A stretch of 64,000 nucleotides of DNA from Mayamaea pseudoterrestris. Taxonomy: Eukaryota. The position numbers and the translations under genes are program-made. Within the stretch, counting starts at the first letter, position 1. Each line of letters opens with the position of its first letter. This document shows, one piece after another, positions 1 to 12,500 of the stretch. The stretch covers positions 434,001-498,000 of the forward strand of contig BROI01000004.1 of the NCBI GenBank assembly GCA_027923505.1, given 5' to 3'. The notes beneath the pieces were generated by a model. The model did not search any database, was not told the origin of the DNA, and saw only the letters and a list, made by a program, of their open reading frames with translations.

Positions 1-607
1 GGCGGCAGCAGCAGAAAAGGCGAAGAATGTGCAGCCACCGCAGCCTTCCGGAAACAACGGACTGGAATTATTGACATCTGGACTGAACGGTCTTGGTCTG
101 AGCGCAGATTCGGGAGCCAACTCGGTTACGACAGCCACTGCTACATCGAGTGGCGGTCCGTCGCCAAACCTTGACGCTGGATCGTTGGCTTCCGCATTAA
201 GCGAGTCTTTTGCCACGAGTCCCAACATGGTTGACAACGACAGATCGCGTCAATACACGCCGCAGAACCCGTACCCGACGCCTACATCCTATCCCTCGAC
301 ACCGGCTGGAATTTTCGAGAACCCTGCAGTGTTTGAAAAGCTGGGAACAGATTGCTTGTTCTTCATCTTTTACTACATGCAGGGCACATACCAACAGTAC
401 TTGGCTGCGCGAGAGCTCAAGAAGCAGAGTTGGCGGTTTCATAAAAAGTACATGACGTGGTTCCAGCGTCACGAAGAGCCAAAAATTACCACGGACGAGT
501 ATGAGCAGGGCACGTACGTATACTTTGACTATGAGACTGGTTGGTGCACACGGATCAAGTCGGACTTCCGCTTTGAATATGCTTATTTGGAGGACTCGTT
601 GCAATAA
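1..607 (+). CDS. NOT3: CCR4-NOT complex subunit NOT3/NOT5 (CNOT3-like), C-terminal NOT box, 5'-partial
   Basis: YTPQNPYPTP, LFFIFYY.QGTYQQYLAARELKKQSWRFHKKY.TWFQRHEEP and GTYVYFDYE are typical of the NOT2/3/5 domain; the frame is open to the window edge. Confidence 0.9.
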   Translation, partial: AAAAEKAKNVQPPQPSGNNGLELLTSGLNGLGLSADSGANSVTTATATSSGGPSPNLDAGSLASALSESFATSPNMVDNDRSRQYTPQNPYPTPTSYPSTPAGIFENPAVFEKLGTDCLFFIFYYMQGTYQQYLAARELKKQSWRFHKKYMTWFQRHEEPKITTDEYEQGTYVYFDYETGWCTRIKSDFRFEYAYLEDSLQ

Positions 608-685
608 GTAAAAAGTAGGGTAACATGTTGTAACAGGGAATTACGGAAATACAAAGAGACGACGTCTATGATAGATAAGCATGCT

Positions 686-2240
686 CTATGATGCGGCAAG
701 ATTCTGAGAATCATGTGCTGGCTGCGATCCCTTCTCGCTCGCAGTCCCATCCCTCAGTTGTCGTCGAGCAGTGACGCCACCGCCTACTCCAATTGTTTGC
801 GCATCAAACTTGATTATCAACGAAGTCATGTTATCCTTGCTTCCCCTAGCGAGACACTCGTCCAAAACCTGCAAAAGTAAAGCAAATGTACGTGAGCAAA
901 TTATTAAACTGACCCATCAACCCATTCATGGCCATTTGTTCCTCGTTAACCAAACTCACCTCTTCGCAAACAAGCCCCAAATCAGTTTCGCCTTCACTGA
1001 AAATTGACGAAACAGTTTGAATAGCTTCATAGTTCGTTTGCACGTCCCAAATCCCATCACAGGCAATAATGATAAACTCGTCCAGTTGCTGGTTTCGCGC
1101 ATGAATGGTGATATCCGGCACTGGCGACACCTTTTGATCGCCCGGCCGCATCAAACGTGTAGCTTGGTCAGCACTGGACGATTCCTGCAGAGCGCTCGTC
1201 CCGCCCATGACCGTGTCAATATTTTTGAAACGAAAGTCACCCAACCCGCGGCTGACTGCCAAGTCTCCTTCAACACGACCTCCAGCGACGTAGCCTCCAG
1301 CAGCTCGAATGCGACTTTCCTCGTCAATATCTTCAGGCTTGTGATCATAGCTGAGTGGTACGACAGACTTGATGCTAACAGGCACATTGGTACTCGTTGC
1401 AGCAGCGTCAGCAGAAGAGTCACTACTTGAATTCGCCGCTGATCCTCCACTGACTTGCTGTTTGCGACTCAGCACAGCTCTCGAGTCACCTGCATTGGCG
1501 CAAACAATGTACTGCGGCGTGAGCAAGACGACGCAGGCCGTAGTTCCCGAGTCGCCCTCCTCCTCCAATCGCTTCAAGGCAGTTTCGGCTGGAGAATCAA
1601 CGTCGTCGTCGTCATCGTCAATGTCGTCTCCATCCTTTTGAATTGCTTTTGCAGCAGCAGCTGCTGCAACTCCAATCGTCTTACGACTCTCATTTGCCTC
1701 ATGTGCATGGTACGGCTCGTCGGCATCCTGCACTGCTCCAGACTTTAACGCACAAGCAATCTCGCGATCCAAATCAACAAACGCACTCATCAAAGCATTC
1801 TCGAGTAAGTCGAGTCCCTTTTGATTCTCCTTGTTCTTGGCAGACACATTCTGTTGCTGACTATTGACATTCGTTTGCGATTTTGTCCACCAGTGCGCGT
1901 ACTCGACAAAACTTGGTTGTCGAGCCAAGACGCGGCAAAAGTTGCGACCAGCGTAGAATGCCGCAAAGGTTCCACCGTGACCGTCAAAGACGGCAAAGAG
2001 CGCATGTCCGGGAAGATTGATGTGAACATAGATGGCGGATGCTTTCCTATACGTCGTCCTGACGGCATTGCTACTCGCACCGTCAAGCTCGGCCGCGTAC
2101 AATCGAGGTTCAATAATGTGCGCATCCTCCATGTGAACCCGCCACCCCTGCATGGTCGAGACTGCATATGGATGTCCTTCCGACGTCACGCCTCGATGCG
2201 TCTCCTTGTCAACGACTGGGGCTCCAAGCAAGTTTCCCAT
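686..2240 (-). CDS. Protein phosphatase 2C (PPM family), 2 exons, intron 869-959
   Basis: MQGWRVHMEDAH, VFDGHGG, ANAGDSR, DHKP, LAVSRGLGD, ACDGIWD, GSKDNM motifs; GTGAG...GCAG intron joins CEE|VLD in frame; MGNLLG start is a possible myristoylation site. Confidence 0.92.
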
Positions 2241-2835
2241 AATGATGGTGATGAACTCTCGAATGAATTTGCTGTAATCACAGCAGCGATTGAAGAATGA
2301 GGCGAGCACTTTGTATTTCTAAAGCTCAAGGAGTAACGTAGTCAGAGTGACTTGACGAGAAACGACGTCTGAGATATTGTAGTGCAATGCTATGGGTTCT
2401 AGCGGTAGACGAAAGCTGAGCAGGATTACCAGCTCCAAGCATGGAAGGAGCTTTGCGCCAGCGGCACTCCTCGCGCCATGTGGTGCAGCACCACGCTCGA
2501 AGGAATTCGAGGGTCGCAGAATCCAGTGCCGTTGCGATTGGGTTATTTTCCAACCATTGCAGCGCGCGGATTGCTCTCAAAGGTTAGCTATCTTATACGA
2601 CGGACGAAGAAGGCAATGCCCAGTCTACCTCAACGTGCATTTATTTAATTGAGCAACCATTAACCATTAAAATTAAAATAACTTTTGACGCAGAAATATC
2701 TTATAGAATCAGGATCTCGCTGGTGTTTGCCAACTGCACCGCATTGTGACTCGTACACCATCACATTTGTGACCATACGCACACCGAATTCAGCTAATCT
2801 GCACTCAATCCCCCAAGTACAGTACCTTGACGCGC

Positions 2836-4667
2836 TCAATCAAATAAATGAGCATCCAGTGGATTGTCGACCATGAATTCGTGCCGCGGCGCTGCTAGCA
2901 GGATGGGTCGGCGATTTTCAAACAAGGTCAGCTTGAGCATGTAGATGAACAAGAGGACACACGCAACGACAGCAAAGACTAGCGTCTCGCTGACAAACTT
3001 CAAACTAGCCAGTGTCACAATCATTATAAGCATAACCACGAAAACGACTGCCATGGCTGTAGGAGGAAGGCCTGGCATGGGTTGGTCGTCTCCGTAGATG
3101 CGAGCCTTCTGCTGGGCTTTCAGACGCTTGGCCACTATCAAAAGCACCATTGCCGTCATAAAGATACACATGATGACTACCAGGAAAATGTCCGAGACGG
3201 ACCATTGATCGGACCGAAAGTAGTCGAGTGATCGACAGTCTTCATCGCACCACATGCCGTACTTGTAGACGCGCTGACACATGTTCCATTCGCCAATGTC
3301 GTACGAGTTGTCGTATAACCTCCGTTGCTTCATATCGTGTATCTCGTCCCAAAAACGTGATTTGTAAGCCTTGGAGCAGGGGAGTAGTGGATTGTTAGCC
3401 ACGCGACGGACTAACGATATTTTTCGCATGTCGCGCCAATTTTCTTACCTCTAGCGAGTCGGCCCAAGTCGATTCCTCCAGCAGTTGACGGCGACCACCG
3501 TCATCATACGATACATCGTCGTTTGCTGAAAGATACTGATCGTCGTAAAGATCGTCCGATTTGCTGGCATCGTCACCATTCGCTTCCTGCTCATTGTTGC
3601 CGTTATTCTGCTTCTTGTTACTGTAATTGATAAAGTCATCGTCATACCAATTGACGCTCTGCTTGTTAAAGTTTGCGGAAACTTCATCGGGTGCACATGT
3701 CATGCAGGAGTAGAATGGAGGTCGAAAGCTCACCTTGGTGCTCAAAACGTTGTCACCAATCAAGTAGCCTCGAGATGCATGCTCTCTTGCAGTTCGGCCA
3801 TCGTCATACTTTTGCGAACATTGCGCGTCCTTGTATACGTGTAACTGTAGCTTCGTGGACGTATACGTCTCGCGATCCATGCATCCAATCTTGGCATACA
3901 AGGACTGGCTGGCATCGGAGCTGGACACGATTTGGACGCACTGTCAACAGATAATAACATTAAAAACTGAGACATTATGCATATCGGATTCGACACAAAA
4001 CATCGTACACGGTCCTTACATTCAAGAATCCAGCGTCCTTGGGCAGCGTGAAGTATTGTCCGTCGGTGAGAGCCTGATAATTGAAATATGCTCGCATAAA
4101 GTGGGCAATCGAAACCACAAAGGTGGCAATCTCGGCGAAATGACACTGATAACTTGCATCTGTATTGTACAGCTGAAACTTGATCATGTGGCCATTGTTG
4201 CTAAAGAATATACGAAAATAATGAGCTGTCAGAGCGTGACATCGACATGCATGAAATCGCGCACCTTCATTCTGATCTCTGCCGTCGAGCTTGCTTCTCA
4301 CGCTTTATGAAACTTACTAGCTGACGCACGACAGTGGCATGACACTGACTCCTTCGAAACCAACATTAGCGTCCCAATGAAAGACATCATCGTCGTGCGT
4401 TGAGTATTGCTGTTGCTCCTTCTTATACGCGTCATCATCCGTCTTGTCGTCGTTCAAATTCCGTACATAGTAGTCATCGTCTCTGTAATTGCTGCTGCTA
4501 TTTGTAGCAGAATCTGTCTGATTACTTGCAGCATCGTCAGTGTTGCTGTAATTGTTATTGTCATCGTTGACTCCTGCGTTATAGTAGTCGTCACTCGCAT
4601 GGACGAGGCACCTTTCATGGAAGCATATCAGGAGGACGAATGCGAGGCACCAATGATGTAGTCTCAT
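2836..4667 (-). CDS. Multi-exon secreted/membrane protein of unknown function (signal peptide, D/N-rich ectodomain, C-terminal TM helices)
   Basis: Chain of minus-strand ORFs 4317-4727, 3395-3928 and 2836-3429 separated by GT-AG-like gaps; hydrophobic N-terminus MRLHHWCLAFVLL; about 3 TM segments at the end. Confidence 0.6.
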
Positions 4668-4978
4668 TGCACTTCTCCTTCTTCCTGGACCTATTATTTT
4701 GCTATTAGATAGTTTTCGCCTCATCACTGTTATTCCACTTCACTCTTCTCGTCAAAGTTGAGCGCAAAGAATGGTCATGGTCAATCTTGTCAATTCGTCG
4801 TTAAAATGACGCGGAAAGCAAAGGTATCTTTCATGTCGCGCCCGTCATGCCATCAAGCTCCGGGTTTCGACTAGCTATTCTATCCAACACTACAACTACT
4901 CGTTCAGCGCATGTAAACAAATAAAAATATCTGACTGCTATAGAAATACGTCCTCTCAAGCTCATATCACCTCTTAAA

Positions 4979-6204
4979 TTAAGCAACTGGTGGATTCAGT
5001 GTGATGACTTCGTCTGAAATGGCCATGGCAAGTCCATCTCCAAGGTTTGCTCCAAGCAGCGTACCCCAGCCAGGCGTTATGCAGGATCCCACGGCAGAAC
5101 CAAGCGACGACATGAAGAGTCCGATAGTTCGAGAAATGAGTAAAAGGGTAGAATTCTTGACAAGCGTCAACGTAATCGTCAATCCTTGCGCGACAATTTC
5201 CTCCTCGCTCGACGGCTGCAACTTCTTCTTGTTCCTTCGTCGTTGCTCCTGTATGAAAACGTAGTAGCCATACAAGAGGATCACTTCATGTACACTAAAG
5301 TCAGCCAAATATGAAATGAAGCTTGCTTTGATTGACGCTTTGAACACGGTTCGGCCTAGCTCGCGTCCCTTCTTGCCCGATTTTTCAGCTCGTTGAGCGA
5401 AATTAAACGTGTCAAGCGTCCATGAGTCCAAAGTGTACTTGTCTACATATTTTTCAGCAATTCGCTCGTACAGTCGCATCAATAGAATAACGCAGTGGTA
5501 CTTTGCCATGGCGGTGGTCAGCTTTCTCGGAAAGGATTCCCAACGCTTCTTCCATTCTTGCTGCAGGCAGAGGTGAAAAAGTAAATGAGAGAACGTCGGA
5601 AAGCATGCCTATATAGCATTCAAATGGCAGGCGCTCAGCATAACGATTGACTACAGACTTGATTTCAGATTTCAGCGATGGTCTTTCGACGCATCCATCC
5701 TTGCGCTTATAATACATGCAACACAGACGACAGGAGTTGATTTTCACTTACGTCGGACCATTGAGCCGCTTCCTCGTCCGCCTCCAATTGTGAAAGCTTT
5801 CCATATGCTACCAGTTCGTCTCTTCTCATGTCTTCCTTCAGTTGATCGTTCATGTATTGCGTCAAAATCGTAGATCCTTGCATAATGACGATGCGCATCG
5901 TCTGAGGTAAAGAACGTGAAGCAAATACTGCTACATGAGACAGATAAGTTGCAGAATTGCAATTGGACAATCACACCATACTTACACTTTTCCCGAGCGT
6001 GTAGGGCGACAAGTGATCAACGAAGCCCTTGCGATCCTCGCAAAGATGGCGATACGGGGTTGGTAATGCACCAGGCTCATTTTTGTTCATAGGAGCGAAC
6101 ACCACGGAGGAGGCCAAAATCACAGGCGTTCTTTCCATAGCACTTCCATCTATCCATGGTTGCCGCCCATAATGTCGATCAAACGCTTTGTACTGTATGC
6201 TCAT
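4979..6204 (-). CDS. Hypothetical multi-exon protein with C-terminal glycine-rich hydrophobic segment
   Basis: Minus-strand ORF pieces 5971-6204, ~5750-5900 and 4979-5509 with GTAAG-type donors; exon boundaries approximate. Confidence 0.5.
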
Positions 6205-6331
6205 TGTTGCCTCGTGGTTTATACATTCGCATCCTGCGACGACCGGGTGGGAAGGACGGGATGAAGACGGACCCGCGCCTCGAGATCGTTTTGTCGTTTC
6301 GGTTTTCGATCCGGCTCATTACCTACTAAGT

Positions 6332-6931
6332 GGAAGCTTCCTGAAACTCGCGCAATAGAAAGCGCAAACCGTGTTTCTGGCAGGCGCGCGGCACGTGTCG
6401 CATCGATGTCTCCCGGAAACTCATCGGTCGCAATAGAACGATGACGACGCGCCTTGGTTACTTAGACGAGTCAAATTGCAAGCTCGTCTACGGTACGCTT
6501 CTTAATCAAATAAGCATGGTTTCTATAGGCACCCACCAGGTATAATCTTGTAGCGCAGACTGAATAATGATGTTGGCACCATCTGGTGTGATTTGGTATA
6601 AATGGCATGTTTTATGGTCCAGTTGAAAGTCAGGCATTCCAGGAGGGAGCTAAGACTGGTGAGAAGTCCTCACCAGTCACATTGCAGTTACAAGGTCACC
6701 CACCAGTTGTGGCAGAGATTTGTAGACGTGGACAGCCTAGCAGAGGGTTAATTAAATTTCTATTTGCTGCACGGCCGGCGTATCTCATGGAGAGGAGATG
6801 GGGGGTCGAAATAGGCGAGACTTTGGTGTAATTTTGTCAATAGCAAAAACATATGCCCCCTAAGTAACCAACGAACGACACGTGTCATCCGATCTATTTG
6901 CCATCTATTGCGCGAGTTTCAGGAAGCTTCC
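6332..6931. mobile_element. Non-autonomous TIR element (MITE-like, ~600 bp) containing one satellite monomer
   Basis: Perfect 29-bp inverted repeat at 6331-6359 / 6904-6932 (TGGAAGCTTCCTGAAACTCGCGCAATAGA); inner 12-bp inverted repeat at 6454-6465 / 6860-6871; AGT on both flanks (6329-6331, 6932-6934) as candidate 3-bp TSD. Confidence 0.65.
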
Positions 6932-7658
6932 AGTTGCTTGGGGAAGCAATGCAAACAAGAAGTATCACTCCAATCTTGCATAGTTTGGGTGTATACATGG
7001 ATTGATATAGGGATATATGAATGTCAAGGCACTGGGTGTATACAAGTCATGTTATATAGGCAATGGAATGTCAATTCATCTGTGGGCTGAGACTGGTGAA
7101 GTTCTCACCAGTCACATTGCAGTCTACTAGGGCACCCACCATTAATGCCATCTTGTAGCGCAGACTGAATAAGAATGTTGGCGCCAATCTGGTGTGATTT
7201 GGGTGTATACAAGGCATGGTTTATGGGCATTTAAATGTCAAGGCATCTGTGGGCTTAGACTGGTGAGAAGTTCTCCCCAGTCACATTGCCATCTACTAGG
7301 GCACCCACCAGGTATACCATCTTGTAGCGCAGACTGAATAATGATGTTGGCACCATCTGGTGTGATTTGGGTATAAATGGCATGTTTTATGGTCAATTGA
7401 AAGTCAAGGCATCTGCGGGCTTAGACTGGTGAGAAGTCCTTACCAGTCACATTGCAGTCTACAAGGTCACCCACCAGGTATACCATCTTGTAGCGCAGCC
7501 TGAATAATGATGTTGGCACCATTCTGGTGTAATTTGGGCACCAACAGGGCTTGCTGTAGGGGCGTTTGAATGTCAAGGCATCTGCGGGATGAGACTGGTG
7601 ACAAGTTGTCACTAAGTACATTGCCATCTCCTGAGACACCAGCCAAGCATTACCATCT
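6528..7658 (-). repeat. Diverged subfamily of the 169-bp satellite, inverted relative to the main array (about 5 monomers, interrupted ~6707-6980)
   Basis: Reverse-complement matches to the main unit (cttgtagcgcag.ctgaataatgatgttggcacc); the last monomer (~7480-7658) is close to the main consensus. Confidence 0.85.
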
Positions 7659-9576
7659 CACTGAAAGCCAAAGAAGTTTCTACAGATGGTAACACAGCGG
7701 CGAACGTAAAATCGAAAGCAAACGGGCGCACGCATACCTGGGGCGTAAGGTTGCCGCGCAATTATAAAGATGCGAAAAGCTCTCTCGAGAAACAACACGT
7801 GTGGACGGATGCGAAACGGAAAAATCAGATAAATGATTACCACACGCTCGAGAAAGGAGTGCCGCGCCGCGGGAAACGAATAAACGCGCACATGATATTC
7901 GATGTCAAGCACGATTTGCGATGAAAGCACGACTCGTTGCAGGACATCAAGGCGACAGAGCGGGATTCAGTTTACTCGGGCGGTGTCATTGCTGGGCTCA
8001 CGAATGGTAGCGATGTTAGCGGAACTCAACGGTCTGGAACTGTGGGCAGCTGGACGCCACAACGCATACTTGGAAGCGAAAACAAAAGAGAAGGTTTATA
8101 TCGCGGCAGGTCCGAGTTCGGGAGCTCGAGGGGCAGCACGCACGATCGTGAAGGCATTATACGGTCTCGCATCGCAGCTTATCGCTGGCACGAGCACTTT
8201 GCAGACACGTCCGCTGACATTGGCTTCACGCGTGTAAGAACCGGACGTGGATGCGCTGATAAAGGCACACTACTAATACGCTTGTGTGTATGTCGAAACA
8301 TAGCGATGAAGAAAAGGAAAACTAACGGATCTTTTAATTGAGAACAATCTTAAGCCAGCGGGGGCGCCGCCCATTGGCATACATTTGGGCGCAGACGCTT
8401 AGACGACGACCGCATTTTGCTTCGAGCGAAGGAAGTACGCCACAAGACTACTTAGCGAACTACAAAGAAATGTTCGCACCGCGATCGCAGACAAGTCCAC
8501 TACGCGACGGATTGCTGTGTTGCAATGGGTAAGTTTATGTCGATTCGACATTCACTGTGCTGTCATGACTATGGGGAGATTCCGAGCTGGCGCCCGAGCG
8601 GCAATTTGGAACGGTTGAAGCATATTTGGGGATTACTTACGAAGATACCCGGATGGAGCGATTCGATTCATCACGTTTCGATTCCAACGGACGAGCGATA
8701 CGCGACAGTTGACAAGCATGGATTGGGATTACAGTGTGTACGGCAAGATCTGCGAAGAGCCTGTGGAACATGCCCACGCCGCGCGGCAAGGCGGTGGCGA
8801 ATGTCAACGTCCGAAGATGCGAACCTGTACCACGATTACACGACGGACGGGCAGCGATGGGCATGGCGTACACATGTTGAATGGAACAGTCGTTGATTGG
8901 TTTTCGAAACGCCAAGCGACGGTCGAGACGGCGACGTACGGCTCGGAGTTTGTAGCAGCGAGAGTGAGCACGGAGCAGATCATGGATCTTCGCTTCACGC
9001 TACGCATGTTGGGAGTTCCGCTCGACGGACCTTCATGGATGTTTGGAGACAACAAGTCGGTAACGCAAAGCAGCAACCTACCGCACTCTAGTCTGACGAA
9101 GCGACACAATGCACTGGCATTTCACCGTGTACGCGAAGCGATTGCGGCGGGAATTATTAATTTCAACCACATCATGGGAACGACAAACCCGGCGGATGTA
9201 CTTACCAAGTTTCTTCCACGGGCTACGGCAAGCAAGCACTTAAAGAACCTGCTCTTCAAGGAATCTAACTATTAGGTATGACTTGAGGGGAGTTGCAGGA
9301 TGCGAACGAAAACAGCGAAAATCGGGCAAGTCACACCGAATGTCCGATAGGGTGACACAGCGGCACTCGCGGCTCACCACAGCCTCACGATCGCGTGATG
9401 CGTGGCAGCGACGGCTTCGAAGCGATTCAACAAGTATATTGCTGAAACTAGTGCGATATAGAGTAGAAACAAGCAGACTTACTAAGCTTGAAGAGTTAAG
9501 AAAGCGATTTATTCGTCTCTCGTATTGTAGCAACTGCAAGCTTGGATTGGCCATCCAAGGACAGCTACAAGCGAAA
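7659..9576 (+). mobile_element. Truncated copy of the same Ty1/copia element (RT-RNase H part plus 3' LTR lacking its last 29 bp)
   Basis: Aligns with ~20745-22797 of the intact copy; indel-riddled to ~8870, near-identical afterwards; LTR at 9293-9576. Confidence 0.9.
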
Positions 9577-12500
9577 TCACCGACACTCAAACGCATCTAC
9601 AGCAAGCCCTGTAGGTGCCCAAATTACACCAGAATGGTGCCAACCTCATTATTAAGGCTGCGCTACAAGGTGGTAGGCTTGGTTGGTGTCTCAGGGGATG
9701 GCACAACTTGTCACCAGTCTCAACCAGCAGATGCCGTGACATCTAAACGCCCCAACAGCAAGCCCTGTAGGTGCCCAAATTGCACCAGAATGGTGCCAAC
9801 ATCATTATTCAGGCTGCGCTACAAGACAAGATGGTAGGCTTGGCTGGTGTCTCAGGGGATGGCAATGATATTGGTGACAACTTGTCACCAGTCTCAGCGC
9901 AAAGATGCCGTGACATTCAAACGCCCCTACAGCAAGCCCTGTAGGTGCCCAGATTACACCAGAATGGTGACAACATCATTATTCAGGCTGCGCTACGAGA
10001 TGGTTGGCTTGGTTGGTGTCTCAGGGGATGGCAATGTATTTGGTGACAACTTGTCACCAGTCTCAGCCCGCAGATGCCATGACATTCAAACGCTTCTACA
10101 GCAAGCCCTGTAGGTGCCCAAATTGCACCAGAATGGTGCCAACATCATTATTCAGGCTGCGCTACAAGATGTTAGGCTTGGTTGGTGTCTCCGGGGATGG
10201 CAATGATATTGGTGACAACTTGTCATCAGTCTCAGCCCGCAGATGCCATGACATTCAAATGCTTCTACAGCAAGCCCTGTAGGTGCCCAGATTACACCAG
10301 AATGGTGCCAACAACATTATTCAGGCTGCGCTACAAGATGGCAGGCTTGGTTGGTGTCTCAGGGGATGGCAATGTATTTGGTGACAACTTGTCACCAGTC
10401 TCAGCCCGCAGATGCCATGACATTCAAACGCTTCTACAGCAAGCCCTGTAGGTGCCCAAATTGCACCAGAATGGTGCCAACATCATTATTCAGGCTGCGC
10501 TACAAGATGTTAGGCTTGGTTGGTGTCTCCGGGGATGACAATGATATTGGTGACATCTTGTCATCAGTCTCAGCCCGCAGATGCCATGACATTCAAACGC
10601 TTCTACAGCAAGCCCTGTAGGTGCCCAAATTACACCAGAATGGTGCCAACATCATTATTCAGGCTGCGCTACAAGATGGTAGGCTTGGTTGGTGTCTCAG
10701 GCTATGGCAATGATATTGGTGACAACTTGTCACCAGTCTCAGCTGGCAGATGCTGTGACATTTAAACGCCCCTACAGCAAGCCCAGTCGGTGCCCAGATT
10801 ACACCAGAATGGTGCCAACATCATTATTCAGGCTGCGCTACAAGATGGTAGGCTTGGCTGGTGTCTCAGGGGATGGAAATGTATTTGGTGACAACTTGTC
10901 ACCAGTCTCAGCCCGCAGATGCCGTGACATTCAAACGCCCCTACAGCAAGCCCTGTAGGTGCCCTAATTACACCAGAATGGTGCCAACATCATTATTCAG
11001 GCTGCGCTACAAGATGGTAGGCTTGGCTGGTGTCTCAGGCTATGGCAATGAAATTGGTGACAACTTGTCACCAGTCTCAGCCCCGCAGATGCCGTGACAC
11101 TCAAACGCACCTACAGCAAGCCCTGTAGGTGCCCAAATCACACCAGAATGGTGGCAACCTCATTATTCAGGCTGCGCTACAAGATGGTAGGCTTGGCTGG
11201 TGTCTCAGGGGATGGCATTGTATTTGGTGACAACTTGTCACCAGTCTCAGCCCGCAGATGCCATGACATTCAAATGCCCCTACAGCAAGCCCTGTAGGTG
11301 CCCAAATTACACCAGAATGGTGCCAACATCATTATTCAGGCTGCGCTACAAGATGGTTGGCTTGGCTGGTGTCTCAGGGGATGGCAATGATATTGGTGAC
11401 AACTTGTCACCAGTCTCAGCCGGCAGATGCCGTGACATTCAAACGCCCCTACAGCAAGCCCTGTAGGTGCCCAAAATACACCAGAATGGTGCCAACATCA
11501 TTATTCAGGCTGCGCTACAAGATGGTAGGCTTGGCTGGTGTCTCAGGGATGGCAATGTATTTGGTGACAACTTGTCACCAGTCTCAGCCCGCAGATGCCG
11601 TGACATTCAAACCCCCTTACAGCAAGCCCTGTAGGTGCCCAAATTACACCAGAATAATGCCAACATCATTATTTAGGCGGCGCCACAAGATGGTAGGCTT
11701 GGCTGGTGTCTCAGGGGATGGCAATGTATTTGGTGACAACTTGTCACCAGTCTCAGCCCGCAGATGCCGTGACATTCAAACGCTCCTACAGCAAGCCCTG
11801 TAGGTGCCCAAAATACACCAGAATGGTGCCAACATCATTATTCAGGCTGCGCTACAAGATGGTAGGCTTGGCTGGTGTCTCAGGGGATGGCAATGTATTT
11901 GGTGACAACTTGTCACCAGTCTCAGCCGGCAGATGCTGTGACATTCAAACGCCCCTACAGCAAGCCCTGTAGATGCCCAAATTACACCAGAATGGTGCCA
12001 ACATCATTACTCAGGCTGCGCTACAAGTTAGTAGGCTTGACTGGTGTCTCAGGGGTTGGCAATGTATTTGGTGACAACTTGTCACCAGTCTCAGCCCGCA
12101 GATGCCGTGACATTCAAACACCTTTACAGCAAGCCCTGTAGATGCCCAAAATAACACCAGAATGGTGCCAACATCATTATTCAGGCTGCGCTACAAGTTG
12201 GTAGGCTTGACTGGTGTCTCAGGGGATGGCAATGTATTTGGTGACAACTTGTCACCAGTCTCAGCCGCAGATGCCGTGACATTCAAACGCCCCTACAGCA
12301 AGCCCTGTAGGTGCCTAAAAACACCAGAATGGTGCCAACATCATTATTCAGGCTGCGCTACAAGATGGTAGGCTTGGCTGGTGTCTCAGGGGATGGCAAT
12401 GTATTTGGTGACAACTTGTCACCAGTCTCAGCCTGCAGATGCCATGACATTCAAACGCCCCTACAGCAAGCCCTGCAGGTGCTTAAATCACACAAGAATG

